Positions 1 to 12,701 of a stretch of DNA of 64,000 nucleotides are shown here, one piece after another. A program made the translations under genes and the position numbers. Source of the DNA: Squalus acanthias (Eukaryota); contig CM059432.1 of NCBI GenBank assembly GCA_030390025.1, positions 41,170,001 through 41,234,000 of the forward strand, in the 5' to 3' direction. The stretch's first letter is position 1, and every line of letters starts with the position of its first letter. The notes under the pieces are model-generated. The model searched no databases and was not told the DNA's origin. It worked only from the letters and a program-made list of their open reading frames with translations.

Positions 1-421
1 AATGTTTTGGAGGAGTGCCGGGCTCGCGGAGAGCAACCGGCACCCCGCGGGGGGGCTTCACGGGGGCCGGGGACAGCAACATGGGGCAGGTGCTGGCAGG
101 CGGCCAGCAACAAAAATGGCCACCCGCCACCTCCCCTTTAACTAGCACCGCCCCGGCCGCAGGTAGGCCCCCCTGACCCTGTCGAACATAGCGTCCGGCG
201 GTAAGTCGGGGGGGCACCACCGAATATTACAGGCGGGGCGCTGCGCACGGTGATGACGTTGTTGCCGGCGGCGCAGCGCCATGTGGCGCTAACTGTTAGC
301 GCCGCCGCTAACCTCCCGCTGAATTTCGCGGGAGGTGTTAGCGGCGCCGCACCCAGGCGCTAGTTGATTTGCGCCCTCTTAGGGCGCTAACAGGAGGCGC
401 AAATCAACCAAATTTAGCCCC
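1..421. mobile_element. Terminal part of a GC-rich non-autonomous DNA transposon (Harbinger-type MITE)
   Basis: CpG-rich and internally palindromic, ending AAATTTAGCCCC. The reverse complement of about 340-421 matches the fragment at 18203-18290. Confidence 0.6.
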
Positions 422-526
422 CAGAACGTGTGAACATAGAAACATAGAAAATAGGTACAAGAGTAGACCATTCGGTCCTTCGAGACTGCACCGCCATTCA
501 ATACGTTCATGGCTGAACATGCTACC

Positions 527-3463
527 TCAGTACCCCATTCCTGCTTTCTCGCCATACCCCTTGATCCCCCTAGTTGTGAGTGTTATATCTAACTCCCTTT
601 TGAATATATTTAGCGAACTGGCCTCAACAACCTTCTGTGGAAGAGAATTCCATAGATTCACCACTCTCTGGGTGAAGAAGTTCCTCCTCAGCTCAGTCTT
701 AAATGGCTTCCCCTTAATCCTTAGACTGTGACCCCTGGTTCTAGTTTTCCCTAACATTGGGAACATTCTGCCCGCATCTAATTTGTCTAAACCAGTCAGG
801 ATTTTAAATGTCTCTATAAGATCCCCCCTCATTCTTCTGAACTCCAGAGGATACAAGTTTAGTTGACCCAATCTTTCTTGATATGTCAGACCGGCCATCC
901 CAGGAATCAATCTAGTGAACCTTCGCTGCACTCCCTCAATAGCAAGAATGTCCTTCCTTAAGTTAGGAGACCAAAACTGCGCACAATACTCCAGGTGTGG
1001 CCTCACCAAGGCCCTGTACAACTGCAGCATCACCTCCCTACTCCTGTACTCAAATCCCCTTACTATGAAGGCCATCATTCCGTTTGCTTTCTTGACTGCC
1101 TGCTGCACTTGCATTCCCACCTTCAGTGACTGATGTACCATGACGCCCAGGTCTCGTTGCACCTCCCCTTTCCCTAATCTGCCACCATTCAGGTAATAGT
1201 CCGCCTCTCTATTTTTACCACCAAAGTGGATAACCTCACATTTATCCACATTGTACTTCATCTGCCATACATTTGCCCATTCACCCAACCTGTCCAAGTC
1301 ACTCTGTAGCCTCCTAGCATCCTCCTCATTGTTCACACTGCCTCCCAATTTAGTGTCATCCGCAAATTTGGAGATATTACATTTAATCCCTTCGTCCAAA
1401 TCATTAATATATAATGTAAACAGCTGGGGTCCCAGCACCAAACCCTGCGGTACCCCGCTGGTCACTGCCTGCCATTCTGAAAAGTACCCATTTACTCCTA
1501 CTCTTTGTTTCCTGTGTGCCAACCAGTTCTCAATCCACGTCAACACATTACCCCCAATCCCATGTGCTTTAACTTTGCTCACCAATCTCTTGTGTGGGAC
1601 CTTGTCGAAGGCCTTCTGAAAGTCCAAATACACCACATCTACTGGTTCCCCCCTGTCCACCCTATTGGAAACATCCTCAAAAAATTCCAGAAGATTTGTC
1701 AAGCATGATTTCCCTTTCACAAATCCATGCTGACTTGGACCTATCATGTCGCCACTTTCCAAATGGTCTGTTATGACATCTTTAATAATTGCTTCCATCA
1801 TTTTACCCACGACCGATGTCAGGCTGACCGGTCTATAATTCCCTGCTTTCTCCCTCCCTCCTTTTTTAAAAAGAGGGGTTACATTGGCCACCCTCCACTC
1901 CATCGGAACTGATCCAGAGTCTAAGGAATGTTGGAAAATGATCGTCAATGCATCCACTATTTCCAAGGCCACCTCCTTAAGTACTCTGGGATGCAGACCA
2001 TCAGGCCCCGGGGATTTTTCAGCCTTCAGTCCCATCAATTTCCCCAATACCTTTTCCCGACTAATAAGGATTTCCCTCAGCTCCTCCCTCTTACCAGATC
2101 CTCTGACCCCTTTTATTTCCGGCAGGTTGTGCGTGTCCTCCACAGTAAACACCGAACCAAAGTACTTGTTCAATTGATCGGCCATTTCCTTGTTCCCCAT
2201 TACGACTTCCCCTGTTTCCGACTGCAGGGGACCTACGTTTGTTTTTACTAACCTCTTTCTTTTTACATATTTATAGAAGCTTTTGCAGTCCATTTTAATG
2301 TTCTCTGCAAGCTTCCTTTCATATTTTATTTTCCCTGCCCTAATCAAACCCTTCGTCCTCCTTTGCTGAGTTTTGAAGTTCTCCCAGTCCCCGGGTTTGC
2401 TGCTACTTCTGGCCAATTTGTATGCAACTTCCTTGGTTTTAATACTATCCCTGATTTCCCTTGTTAGCCATGGTTGAGCCACCTTCCCTTTTTTATTTTT
2501 ACGCCAGACCGGGATGTACAATTGTTGTAGTTCATCCATGCGATCTCTAAATGTCTGCCATTGCCCTTCCACTGATAGCCCCTTAAATATCGCTTGCCAA
2601 TTTAACCTCGCCAATTCACGCCTCATACCCTCAAAGTTGCCCTTATTTAAGTTCTGGACCATGGTCTCTGACTTAACTGTTTCCTTCTCCATCCTAATGT
2701 AGAACTCCACCATACTATGGTCACTCTTCCCCAGGGGGCCTCGTACCACAAGATTGCTGATTAGTCCTTCCTCATTACACAACACCCAGTCCAGGATGGC
2801 CTCCCCTCGAGTTGGTTCCTCAACATATTGGTTTAGGAAACCATCCCTTAAACACTCCAGGAAATCCTCCTCCACCGTATTGCTTCCAGTTTGAGTAGCC
2901 CAATCTATATGCATATTAAAGTCACCCATGATAACTGCCGTGCCTTTTTTGCACGCACCTCTGATTTCCTGTTTCATACCCTCCCCCACCTCACTACTGC
3001 TGTTTGGAGGTCTGTACACAACTCCCACTAACGTTTTCTGCCCTTTGGTGTTCTGCAGCTCAACCCATATTGATTCCACATCCTCCAAGCTGATGTCCTT
3101 CCTAGCTATTGCATTAATCTCCTCTTTAACCAGCAATGCTACCCCACCCCCTTTTCCTTTTATTCCATCCTTTCTGAATGTTGAATACCCCTGGATGTTC
3201 AGTTCCCAGCCTTGATTGTTCTGGAGCCACGTCTCTGTAATCCCAATCACATCGTATCCGTTAACATCTATTTGCACAGTCAATTCATCCACCTTATTAC
3301 GGATACTCCTTGCATTAAGACACAGAGCCTTTAGGCTTATTTTATTAACATCCTTTGTCCTTTTAGACTTATGATTTAGTATGGCCCTTTGTGTTTCTTG
3401 CCTTTGTTTACTCGGCCTTCCCCTATTGTTTCTCACCCTTCTAACATTTGTTTCTGACTGCAT
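527..3463 (-). CDS. CR1 ORF2: APE endonuclease plus reverse transcriptase (978 aa)
   Basis: EN motifs NARS, ITETW, YRPP, GDFN and SDH; RT motifs NYRPVSL, DFQKAFD, GVPQG and FADD; CR1 C-terminus RPHLEY, RGHSLR, FFTQRVVNLWN. Confidence 0.95.
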   Translation of the reverse strand: MQSETNVRRVRNNRGRPSKQRQETQRAILNHKSKRTKDVNKISLKALCLNARSIRNKVDELTVQIDVNGYDVIGITETWLQNNQGWELNIQGYSTFRKDGIKGKGGGVALLVKEEINAIARKDISLEDVESIWVELQNTKGQKTLVGVVYRPPNSSSEVGEGMKQEIRGACKKGTAVIMGDFNMHIDWATQTGSNTVEEDFLECLRDGFLNQYVEEPTRGEAILDWVLCNEEGLISNLVVRGPLGKSDHSMVEFYIRMEKETVKSETMVQNLNKGNFEGMRRELARLNWQAIFKGLSVEGQWQTFRDRMDELQQLYIPVWRKNKKGKVAQPWLTREIRDSIKTKEVAYKLARSSSKPGDWENFKTQQRRTKGLIRAGKIKYERKLAENIKMDCKSFYKYVKRKRLVKTNVGPLQSETGEVVMGNKEMADQLNKYFGSVFTVEDTHNLPEIKGVRGSGKREELREILISREKVLGKLMGLKAEKSPGPDGLHPRVLKEVALEIVDALTIIFQHSLDSGSVPMEWRVANVTPLFKKGGREKAGNYRPVSLTSVVGKMMEAIIKDVITDHLESGDMIGPSQHGFVKGKSCLTNLLEFFEDVSNRVDRGEPVDVVYLDFQKAFDKVPHKRLVSKVKAHGIGGNVLTWIENWLAHRKQRVGVNGYFSEWQAVTSGVPQGLVLGPQLFTLYINDLDEGIKCNISKFADDTKLGGSVNNEEDARRLQSDLDRLGEWANVWQMKYNVDKCEVIHFGGKNREADYYLNGGRLGKGEVQRDLGVMVHQSLKVGMQVQQAVKKANGMMAFIVRGFEYRSREVMLQLYRALVRPHLEYCAQFWSPNLRKDILAIEGVQRRFTRLIPGMAGLTYQERLGQLNLYPLEFRRMRGDLIETFKILTGLDKLDAGRMFPMLGKTRTRGHSLRIKGKPFKTELRRNFFTQRVVNLWNSLPQKVVEASSLNIFKRELDITLTTRGIKGYGEKAGMGY

Positions 3464-3510
3464 ATTACTTCCCCCTGTTTCGCTACATAGGTTCCCCTTC
3501 CCCTGCCATA

Positions 3511-4455
3511 TTAGTTTAAATCCTCCCGAACTGCTTTAGCAAATATTACCCCGAGGACATCGGTTCCAGTCCTGCCCAAGTGCAGACCGTCCCTTTTGTA
3601 CAGGTCCCACTTCCCCCAGAACTGGTTCCAATGCCTCAGGAATTTGAATCCCTCCCTCCTGCACCACTGCTCAAGCCACGTATTCAATCTCACTATCCTG
3701 TTCTCTCTATTCTGATTAGCACATGGCCCTGGTAGCAATCCAGAGATTACTACCTTAGAGGTCCTACTTTTTAATTTAGCTCCTAGCTCCCTAAATTCTG
3801 CTTGTAGGACCTCTTCCCGCTTTTTACCTATATCGTTGGTACCTACATGCACCACGACAGCTGGCTGTTCACCCTCCCTCTTCAGAATGTTCTGCAGCCG
3901 CTCCGAGACATCCTTGACCCTTGCACCAGGGAGGCAACATACCATCCTGGAATCTCGGTTGCGGCCACAGAAACTCCTGTCTATTCCCCTTACAATTGAG
4001 TCCCCTATCACTATAGCCCTACCACTCTTTTTCCCGCCCTGCTGTGCAGCAGAGCCAGCCATGGTGCCATGAACCTGGCTGCTGGTGCCTTCCTCTGGTA
4101 GGCCATCTCCCCCAACAGTATCCAAAGCGGCATACCTGTTTTGGAGGGAGATGACCACAGAGGACTCCTGCACTACCTTCCTGATATTGCCCTGCTTCTT
4201 GGTCACCCATACACTGTCTGTCCTAGCCTTTACCTGCGGTGTGGACAACTCACTAAATGAGCGATTCACCGAGTTCTCGGCATCGTGCATGCTCCAGAGT
4301 GAGTCCACCCGCAGCTCCAGCACCGCCATGCGGGCTGTCAGGAGCTGCAGCTGGACACACTTCCCGCACACGTAGTTGTCAGGGACACTGGAAGTGTCCC
4401 TGGTTTCCCACATGGCACAGGAGGAGCATGAAACGGGTCCGAGACTTCCTGTCAT
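3511..4455 (-). CDS. CR1 ORF1: zinc finger, leucine zipper and SGNH esterase (314 aa)
   Basis: CSSC...CGKC, leucine heptads, and SGNH/GDSL-type motifs GDS, PGA, GTND and DGLH. Confidence 0.92.
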   Translation of the reverse strand: MTGSLGPVSCSSCAMWETRDTSSVPDNYVCGKCVQLQLLTARMAVLELRVDSLWSMHDAENSVNRSFSELSTPQVKARTDSVWVTKKQGNIRKVVQESSVVISLQNRYAALDTVGGDGLPEEGTSSQVHGTMAGSAAQQGGKKSGRAIVIGDSIVRGIDRSFCGRNRDSRMVCCLPGARVKDVSERLQNILKREGEQPAVVVHVGTNDIGKKREEVLQAEFRELGAKLKSRTSKVVISGLLPGPCANQNRENRIVRLNTWLEQWCRREGFKFLRHWNQFWGKWDLYKRDGLHLGRTGTDVLGVIFAKAVREDLN

Positions 4456-4544
4456 GACTTAACCCTTATGTTACTTTATTACTAAAATTGTAACTTATTT
4501 ATCTTAGGTCCAGGAGTTAAGTCCCTGAAAACAAAATATAAAAT

Positions 4545-4680
4545 CGAACCTACCTTTTAAATTCCCTCTACCCCTAAAGGTTAGAGGAGGTGGGAGGGTG
4601 GGAGTCACTACTAGTGTAGTGTCTCGGGTTTAGCAACCGCTCCACCTATATACGGGTACCAATGAATTGGCCCCGCCCCC
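4545..4680 (-). promoter_or_regulatory. Putative internal Pol II promoter and splice donor of the CR1 5'UTR
   Basis: In minus-strand order: GC box GGGGGCGGGGC (4670-4680), CCAAT/ATTGG (4659-4670), TATATA (4647-4652), then AAG|GTAGGT (4548-4553). Confidence 0.45.
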
Positions 4681-4740
4681 TGCCTTTGAAAAAGCCCGCG
4701 AAGCTCTTACCCCGCTGGGGAAAAAGGCCACGTAGGTGAG

Positions 4741-5011
4741 TTTATTGACTCACCTCAGGCCTCTGCCGCTCCAACCAGGTCCGCTCCTCCTTCCCCGCTG
4801 CCGACCGCTCTGGGAGAGAGAAAGAAAGAAAGGCTCCTCCTCCCCCGCTGTCGACGCTGGTCTGAGGCCTACCTGAGCCTCGGGCCTCCCTTTATTGACT
4901 CACCTCAGGCCTCTGCCGCTCCAATCAGGTCCGCTCCTCCTTCCCCGCTGCCGACCGCTCTGTGGGAGAGAGAAAGAAAGAAAGGCTCCTCCTCCCCCGC
5001 TGTCGACGCTG
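4741..5011. repeat. Tandem duplication (about 120 bp unit, 150 bp period) at the CR1 5' end
   Basis: tttattgactcacctcaggcc...gctgtcgacgctg occurs at 4741 and 4891, nearly identical. Confidence 0.9.
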
Positions 5012-5247
5012 AAGTAGGTGAGGATAAGCAGATAGAAATGGAAGTGTGAAAAATATGGCAAAGTGGATCAGCGCCTAAGAGCCTGGTACAAGAAAAAAGC
5101 AGGTTGACAACCAAGAATTCAGACCACCTCACCAGTACGGTGTTCTAATGGAGTGATAGCCAGCCATTCTGATAAAAGGCTGGACAGTCCAAGTTTAAGG
5201 AAATATGTATTTGTTCTTGATGTGTTCCAGACTTTTTAAAAATTGAC

Positions 5248-5640
5248 TTTTTTATTTGTTCATGGGATGTGGGTGTCGCTGGCAAGACCGGCCTTTATTG
5301 CCCATCCCTAATTTCCCTTGAGAATGTGGTGGTGAGGCGCCTTCTTGAACCGCTGCAGTCCGTGCGGTGAATTTACTCCCATATTGCTGTTAGGGAGGGA
5401 GTTCCAGGATTTTGATCCGGTGACGATGAAGAAACGGCGATATATTTCCAAGTCAGGATGGTGTGTGACTTGGAGAGGAACTTGGAGATGGTGATGTTCC
5501 CATGCGCCTGCACCCTTGTCCTTCTAGGTGGTAGAAGTCGTGGGTTTGAGAAGTGTTGTCGAAGAAGCCTTGGCGAGTTGCTGCAGTGCACCTTGTAGAA
5601 GGTACACATTGCAGCCACGGTACGCCACTGGTAGAGAGAG
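5248..5640 (-). mobile_element. 3' fragment of a second CR1/L2-group LINE family (family B)
   Basis: Translates to WRTVAAMCTFYKVHCSNSPRLLRQH...; the same family occurs at 39960-42080 and 60242-61340. Confidence 0.8.
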
Positions 5641-5995
5641 TGTCCATTTGCTGATGTTGAGGTCAATGCAGCCATGTATTTTCAAACCAATCACACACTT
5701 TAAAATAAGAGTTTAGGATGAGGATTTGCTAATCTATGTCATGGCAGTGGGTTAGCACCACTTTGAAAGAATCCATGATCTCTGAGGGTTGGGTTATTTA
5801 GATTTTTTTTTAAAGTGCTATCTGGGCACATCAAGGACTACTAGAACTTTTCTTTTTTAAAACAGGTACATTTCTATTCCACATGGAAAATAAATAAATA
5901 AATACATAAAGGTACAATAAACCTGAAAGTAAATTTTGAGTGAATTCTTTTGTAGGTGTTAACTTCACCTTTGAAGACTATTGCTATTAATATCT

Positions 5996-6120
5996 GCGGG
6001 GCTTCTCCCACGCTCGTCCGCCATAACTTCGGCAGTAGATCCATAGATTTTGGTGAAGATCCATGGATCTGCCGCCAAAGTTGCAGCAGATAATAGGGAG
6101 AACCTCGAAAATTCCGTCCC
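5996..6120. mobile_element. Short palindromic MITE-like element
   Basis: Imperfect inverted repeat (ttctccc..aacttcggcagtagatccat / atggatctgccgccaaagtt..gggagaa), ending GAAAATTCCGTCCC. Confidence 0.5.
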
Positions 6121-6292
6121 TCTAGGTGTGGTAGTTTTAATGATTTATTTTTAAGAGTAGTGGAGTTTGGAAGTTAGTCAGTACATGTAATGAAATATAT
6201 CTATCCTGCTGCATGTCCACAGGGCATGGGAACATTTTTGACTTCCTCGTACAGTAAAACAATCTTAATTGGCCCAAATCTCCTTTATATAT

Positions 6293-8140
6293 TTATAAGT
6301 ATATCAAGAGGAAAAGACTGGTGAAAACCAAAGTTGGCCCATTGCAGTCAGATAGGGGGGAATATATAACGGGAAATAAGGAAATGGCAGACCAACTAAA
6401 TGCATACTTTGGGTCAGTCTTTACGAAGGAAGACACAAAAAACCTCCCTGGGATATCGGGAAAAATAGGGACATTTGCAAAGGAGGAACTGACGCAAGTC
6501 AATATCTCTAAGGATATGGTGTTAAGGAAGCTAAAGGGATTGAAGGCGGACAAATCCCCAGGGCCTGATAACATGCATCCTAGGGTGCTGAAGGAGGTGG
6601 CCCTAGAGATAGCGGATGCACTAAGTATGATTTTTCAGAATTCATTAGACTCGGGAACAGTGCCCATGGATTGGAGGGTAGCTAACGTTACCCCACTATT
6701 CAAAAAGGGGGGTAGGGAAAAAGCAGGTAATTACAGACCTGTAAGCCTTACATCAGTTGTGGGCAAAATGCTGGAGTCCATCATTAAGGATGAAATAGCG
6801 GAGCACTTAGCAAATGGGGACAGGATAGGACAGAGTCAACATGGATTTACAAAGGGTAAATCGTGCTTGACTAATCTATTGGAATTTTTTGAGGGAGTAA
6901 CTGGTAAAATAGATGGGGGAGAGCCAGTAGATGTGGTGTACCTGGACTTCCAAAAGGCCTTCGACAAGGTCCCACATAAAAGATTAGCATGGAAAATTGA
7001 AGCTCATGGGATAAAGGGGAAAGTATTGACGTGGATAGAGAACTGGCTGTCAGATAGAAAACAGAGAGTTGGAATAAACGGCTCATTTTCTGAATGGCAG
7101 GCAGTAACAAGTGGGGTACCACAGGGATCTGTCCTGGGTCCCCAGCTGTTCACAATTTACATTAATGACCTGGATCAGGGAGTCGGATGCAGCATTTCCA
7201 AATTTGCAGACGACACTAAACTAGGAGGGGGGGTGGGCTCAGAGGAGGAGACCAGGAAGCTCCAGAGCGATTTGGACAGACTGGGTGATTGGGCGGATAA
7301 ATGGCAGATGCACTATAATGTGGACAAGTGCGAAGTTATCCACCTTGGGTGCAGGAACGGGAGGGCAAATTATTATTTAAATGGCAATAAATTGGGAGAG
7401 GGGGAAGTACAGAGAGACCTGGGTGTTCTTGTACACCAGTCACTGAAGGCGAGCATGCAGGTGCAACAGGCGATCAAGAAGGCAAACGGTATGCTGGCCT
7501 TCATAGCAAAAGGGTTGGAATACAGGAACAGGGATACCTTGCTGCAGCTGTACAGGGCACTGGTGAGACCACACCTCGAGTACTGTGTACAGTTTTGGTC
7601 GCCTCATCTGCGGAAAGATGTTCTTGCCATGGAGGGGGTGCAGCGGCGATTCACCAGGCTGATACCAGGAATGGCGGGATTGACCTATGAGGAGAGACTA
7701 TGTAGTTTAGGGATGTACACACTGGAGTTTAGAAGATTGAGAGGGGACCTCATAGAAGTGTATAAAATTCTGACAGGTCTAGACAGACTAGATGCAGAAG
7801 GAATGTTTCCCTTGGCGGGTGAGAACAGAACTAGAGGACATAATTTAAGGATAAGGGCTAAACCATTTAGGACAGAAATGAGGAGGAATTTCTTCACTCA
7901 GAGGGTGGTGAACCTGTGGAACTCATTGCCACAGAGGGCAGTGTACGCCAGCTCATTAAATATATTTAAGAGGGAATTAGATATATTTCTACAGGCAAAA
8001 GGGGTTAAGGGTTACGGAGAGAAGGCGGGGACGGGATACTGAATTGGAGGATCAGCCATGATCTCATTAAATGGCGGAGCAGGCTCGAAGGGCCGGATGG
8101 CCTACTCCTGCTCCTATCTTCTATGTATGTATCTATGTAT
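6293..8140 (+). mobile_element. 5'-truncated young CR1 LINE with an open RT frame (6321-8042)
   Basis: 573-aa uninterrupted RT/C-terminal frame (QGSVLGP, FADD), followed by a CR1 3'UTR and a (TATG)n tail. Confidence 0.92.
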
Positions 8141-8649
8141 ATTAACTATAAAAAAATGTAGCCCTGAAATCGCAAGACTCTGCTCCTGGTATGGAGAACT
8201 TGAACAAAGGGGACCAGGGAGCAGGTAGCAGAACTCTGTGATTAACTTGTCCATTCCCATTCAATTATGATTTTATAATTATGTCAGCATTCTGTTTACG
8301 CCAGTTTCTAGTCATCTCGTTAGCTGTTGGTAAGCATGTGATCAATTTGATTGTTCCACTTTCCATAGACAGGAGTCTGAGCCAGGCAGAGAGTTTTAAA
8401 AAAATCATTTACTGAAAGCATACAATAAAGGAACTGATCAAATTCCTCAAAAAAAAGTCACTCCATTTTTTTGGCAGCCATTTCTATTCTCCCTGACCTA
8501 AATGTCAGCCCTAGCCTCAGTTACCTTTATTCTCCTACTTAGTGTTGAGTAGTGGGACGTCCAATGGTTGTGAAAGGCGTTACATAAATACAAGTCTTTC
8601 TTTCTTAGTCCTCCTGCTGTGTTGCATTTTGTAGCACTTATTACCTGCT

Positions 8650-9705
8650 CACATAGGAAAAGGGGGTAGGCCATTCAGCCCCTCAAGCCAGTTCTGCCAT
8701 TCAATTAGATCATGGCTGATCTGTTTCTTAACTCCATCCACCCTCCTTGGTTCTGTAATTCTTAAAAACCCTGCCTAACAAAAGTCTATCAATCTCAGTT
8801 TTGACATTTTCAATTGACCTAGCCTCAACAGCTTTTTGGGGAGAGAGTTCCAGATTTCCATGACCCTTTGTGTGAAGAAGTGCTTTCTGACATCAACCCT
8901 GAACAGCCTAGCTCTAATTTTAAGGTTTTGCCCTCTTCTGGACTCTCCCATCAGAGGAAATAGTTTCTCTCTATCTACCCTATCAAATCCTTCAATCATT
9001 TTAAACATCTCAATTAGATCACCACTTAATTTTCTAGACTGAAGGGGAATACAAGCCTAGTCTATGCAACCTGTCCTCGTAATTTAACCCTTTTAGCCCA
9101 GGCATCATTCTGGTGAATCTTGCTGCATCCCCTCTAAGGCCAGTATATCCTTCCTGAGGTGCGGTGCCAGAACTGAATGTAGTACTTCAGATGGGGTCGA
9201 ACCAGAGCTCTGTACAGCTGTAACATAACTTCCACCCCTTTGTATTCCAGTCCCCTTGAGATAAAGGCCAACATTTAATTAGCCTTTTAAATTACTTTTT
9301 GCACCTGTTCACTAGCTTTTAGTGATTTCTGTGCTTGGAATCCTAAATCTCTCTGCTCCTCCACAGTTTCTAGCTTCTCACCATTTAGAAAATACTCTGA
9401 TCTATCTTTCTTGGGTCCAAAGTGGATAACTTCACACTTTCCCACATTGAACACATCTGCCACAGTTTTGCCCACTCACTTAATCTATCAATGTCCCTTT
9501 GCAATTTTCTGCTCCCGTCTACACTATTTACTGTGCCACCTAACTTAGTGTCATCAGCAAACTTAGATATACCGCTCTCTATTCCTTCATCCTAGTCATT
9601 TATAAATATGGTGTAAAAATGCTGCCCCAGTACAGATCCCTGGGGGATACCATTAGTCACATTCTGCCAATTTTGAGTACATACCCATTGTCCCTATTCT
9701 CTGTC
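8650..9705 (-). mobile_element. Degenerate CR1 3' fragment
   Basis: Frameshifted RT C-terminal pieces (9287-9475, 8775-9008) plus a 3'UTR. Confidence 0.85.
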
Positions 9706-9707
9706 TC

Positions 9708-11490
9708 ATAGAATCATAGAATAGTATAGCACAGAAGGAAGTCATACGACCTATCGAGTCTGCAACGGCTCTTTCAAAGTGCAATCCAGTTAGCCCCACT
9801 CCCCTGCTCTTTCCCTATACCCCTGCAATTTTTTCTTCTTCAAGTATTTATCCAATGCCCCTTTGAAGGCTAATATTGACTCTCTCCACCACCCTATCAG
9901 GTAGTGCATTCCAAACCCTAACCAATCGTTGCGTAAAAAGGTTTTTCCTCATGTCGCCTCTGGTTCTTTTGCCAATCACCTTAAATCTTTGCCCTCTCGT
10001 TATCGACCCTTCAGCCATTGGAAACAGTTTCTCTTTATTAACCCTTCATGATTTTAAACACCTATCAAATCTCCTCTCAGCCTTTTCTGCTCCAAAAAGA
10101 ACTACCCCAGCTTCTCTAGTCTATCCACGTAACTGTATTCCCTCATCCCTGGAACCATTCTAATAAATCTCTTCTGTACCCTCTCCAAAGCCTCGTGTCC
10201 TTCCTAAAGTGTGGTGCCCAAAAATGGACACAATACTCCAGCTGGGGCCGAACTGGTGTTTTATATAGGTTTAGCATAACGTCCTGGCTTTTGTCCTCTG
10301 TGCCTCTATTTATAAAGCCCAGGATCCCACATGCTTTATTAACTGCTTTGTTAACCTGTTCTGCCACCTTCAAAGATTTGTGCACAAGCACCCCCAGGTC
10401 TCTCTGTTCTTGCACCCCCTTTAAAATTGTACCATTTAGCGTGTATGGTCTCTCCTCATTCTTCCTACTAAAATGTATCACCTCACACTTCTCTGCGTTT
10501 AATTTCACCTGCCATGTGCCCGCACATTCCACCAGCCTGTCCATGACTTCTTGAAGTCTATTACTATTTTCCTCACCATTTACTACACTTCCAAATTTTG
10601 TGTTATCTGCAAATTTCGAAATTCTGCCCTGTACCCCCAAGTCCAAGTCATTAATGTATATCAAAAAGAGCAGTGGTCCTAGTACTGAACCTTGGGGAAC
10701 ACCAGTGTATCTCTCTAGTCCGAGAATCAATCATTCACCACAACTCTCTGTTTTCTAGCCCTTAGCCAATTTTGTATCTATGCTGCTACTGCCCCTTTGA
10801 TCCCATGGGCTTCAATTTTACTAACAGGCCTAGTATGTGGTACTTTATCAAACGCCTTTTGAAAGTCCATATATACAACATCAACTGCACTGCCCTCATC
10901 CACCCTCTCTGTTAGCTCATCAAAAAATTCAATCAAGTTAGTCAAACACAATTTGATCTTAACAAATCCATGCTGGCTCTCCTTTATTAGTCCATGCTTG
11001 TCCAAGTGGCTGTTAACCTTCTCCCGTATTATTGTTTCTAAAAGCTTCCCCACCACTGACGTTAAACTGACTGACCTGTAATTACCAGATTTATCCTTCT
11101 CTCCTTTTTTGAACAAGGGTGTAACATTTGCAATCCTCCAGTCCTTTGGCACCACCCCTGGATCTAAGGAGGATTGGAAGATTGTGGCCAGCACCTCCGC
11201 AATTTCTACCTTTACTTCCCTCGGCAACCTAGGATGCCTCCCATCCGGACCGGGTGACTTATCCACTTTTAATTACCGCCAGCCTTTCCAGTACCTCTTT
11301 ATTTTTATCTCATCCAGTGTCCCAGCAACCTCCTCATTTACCATAACTTTGGCAAAGTCCTCTTCCTTGGTAAACACTGCTGCAAAGTACTCATTTAGTA
11401 CCTCAGCCATGTCTTCTGCCTCCACCAATAGTTATTCATTTTGGTCCCTAATCGGCCCCACCGCTCCTCTGACAACTCTTTTACTGTTAA
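9708..11490 (-). mobile_element. Degenerate CR1 RT fragment with 3' tail
   Basis: ORF pieces 10143-10730 and 10778-11266; tail catagaatcatagaa on the + strand. Confidence 0.88.
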
Positions 11491-12604
11491 TAGTTATCTT
11501 GAAAAAGTTAACTACAGACTGTCTACTGATTTATTTTATGTCTTAATTTCAAAGGGAAGTCTCACGACATTCACTTAACCCAATCAGGATGATATATGTG
11601 ATAGAAGGTCTTTCCCCCCCGCCCCCCCCCCCCTTATGTCCATCAAACCTGATAAACTGGAGACCTGTGACTGTCATTGAGTCACTGAAGCATAGCTTTC
11701 CTTGAAGTAGGACAGACTTTGTGTCTGTGGTTTATGGCCTACTCCCTATCCATACTTGCATTTCTCAAGTTTTTCCACACAAGTGAGGGTAAAGTGACAC
11801 CTTTATGTTCCATTAGGTGCTATCTCAGTGGTTTCAGTTTTCCAAATGTTTTTTATGACACCGTTCAGGAACATCTTGCATTTACACAAATCTTCCTGGT
11901 ATAATTAACTTAGAGCTTTTATGGCCTGATTACCTGGGAACTTCCATAGTTTGAACTAGCTGAGATCTTATGTTGGCTAAAAGCCTTTTCCCAGCATTTA
12001 CTTCAACAGCTGAACTCCATTTTGGTGGGCAGCTTTCAAACTAAAAAATTTGTTTAAAGCACATTTCGGGCATTTTACAGGGCATTTCCCCAACGAACCT
12101 CAATGGCATTCTTTGGGCAATTTACGGGGCACTTTTCTTACAGGCCCCCAATGTGTCTTTGTGGCTCTCGTGTCTATCCCTTCAGTGATGCAGTCAGTAT
12201 CTATCTTTCTTGTTTTGAAGACTATGGTACACAATATATTGGGCAGTTTGTGAGTTGATAATTGGATCAGGTGACGGGAGGCTATTGGGGAGCTACTGCA
12301 ACATGTGTGGGAATAAAAATGTTGAGGCTGTGATGTAGTAGGGTACCGTCAAGGTGGACTGGGGTGCTGTGCCAAGAGGAAGCAGAGCATTGGGGTTGGT
12401 GCGTGGGAGAGGGCAGGCTACGGCCTGGACAGAAGTGGGGGGGGCCTTGTTCTTTGAATAATTAAAGGGTATGGGATTTTACGGCGTAATTGAGCTATGG
12501 GAGCACTCATGGAAGGAACTGGAGTGTGAGAGTACTCGGGGATGTGGTGTCAAATCTAGGAGTACCGTGAGGGTAGGAGGCTGGTTTTTAGGAGTACTTG
12601 GGGG

Positions 12605-12701
12605 CATTGCTCCCTGTAAGGTGCGCAGCCACGCACTGCTCCAGGGAACCCGCGCAGCTGAAGGGGCCGCGCAGGGCCAAAAAAAATTACAGAGAACATA
12701 G
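12605..12701. mobile_element. hAT-type MITE (97 bp)
   Basis: Degenerate TIRs CATTGCTCCCTGTAA / TTACAGAGAACATAG and an 8-bp TSD CTTGGGGG/CTCGGGGG. Confidence 0.75.

Larger units (their letters stand above)
434..5011 (-). mobile_element. Full-length CR1 LINE (5'UTR, ORF1, ORF2, 3'UTR, (TTTCTATG)n tail)
   Basis: Two uninterrupted ORFs, a typical CR1 3'UTR, and an octamer tail at about 434-452. Confidence 0.93.

Noticed and set aside
915..3215. Numerous + strand ORFs overlapping CR1 ORF2
   Set aside because: Antisense shadow frames of the LINE coding sequence.
4560..4640. HDV-like ribozyme in the CR1 5'UTR
   Set aside because: Only a simple hairpin (GAGACACTAC-ACTA-GTAGTGACTC on the minus strand) is visible; I could not build the double pseudoknot.
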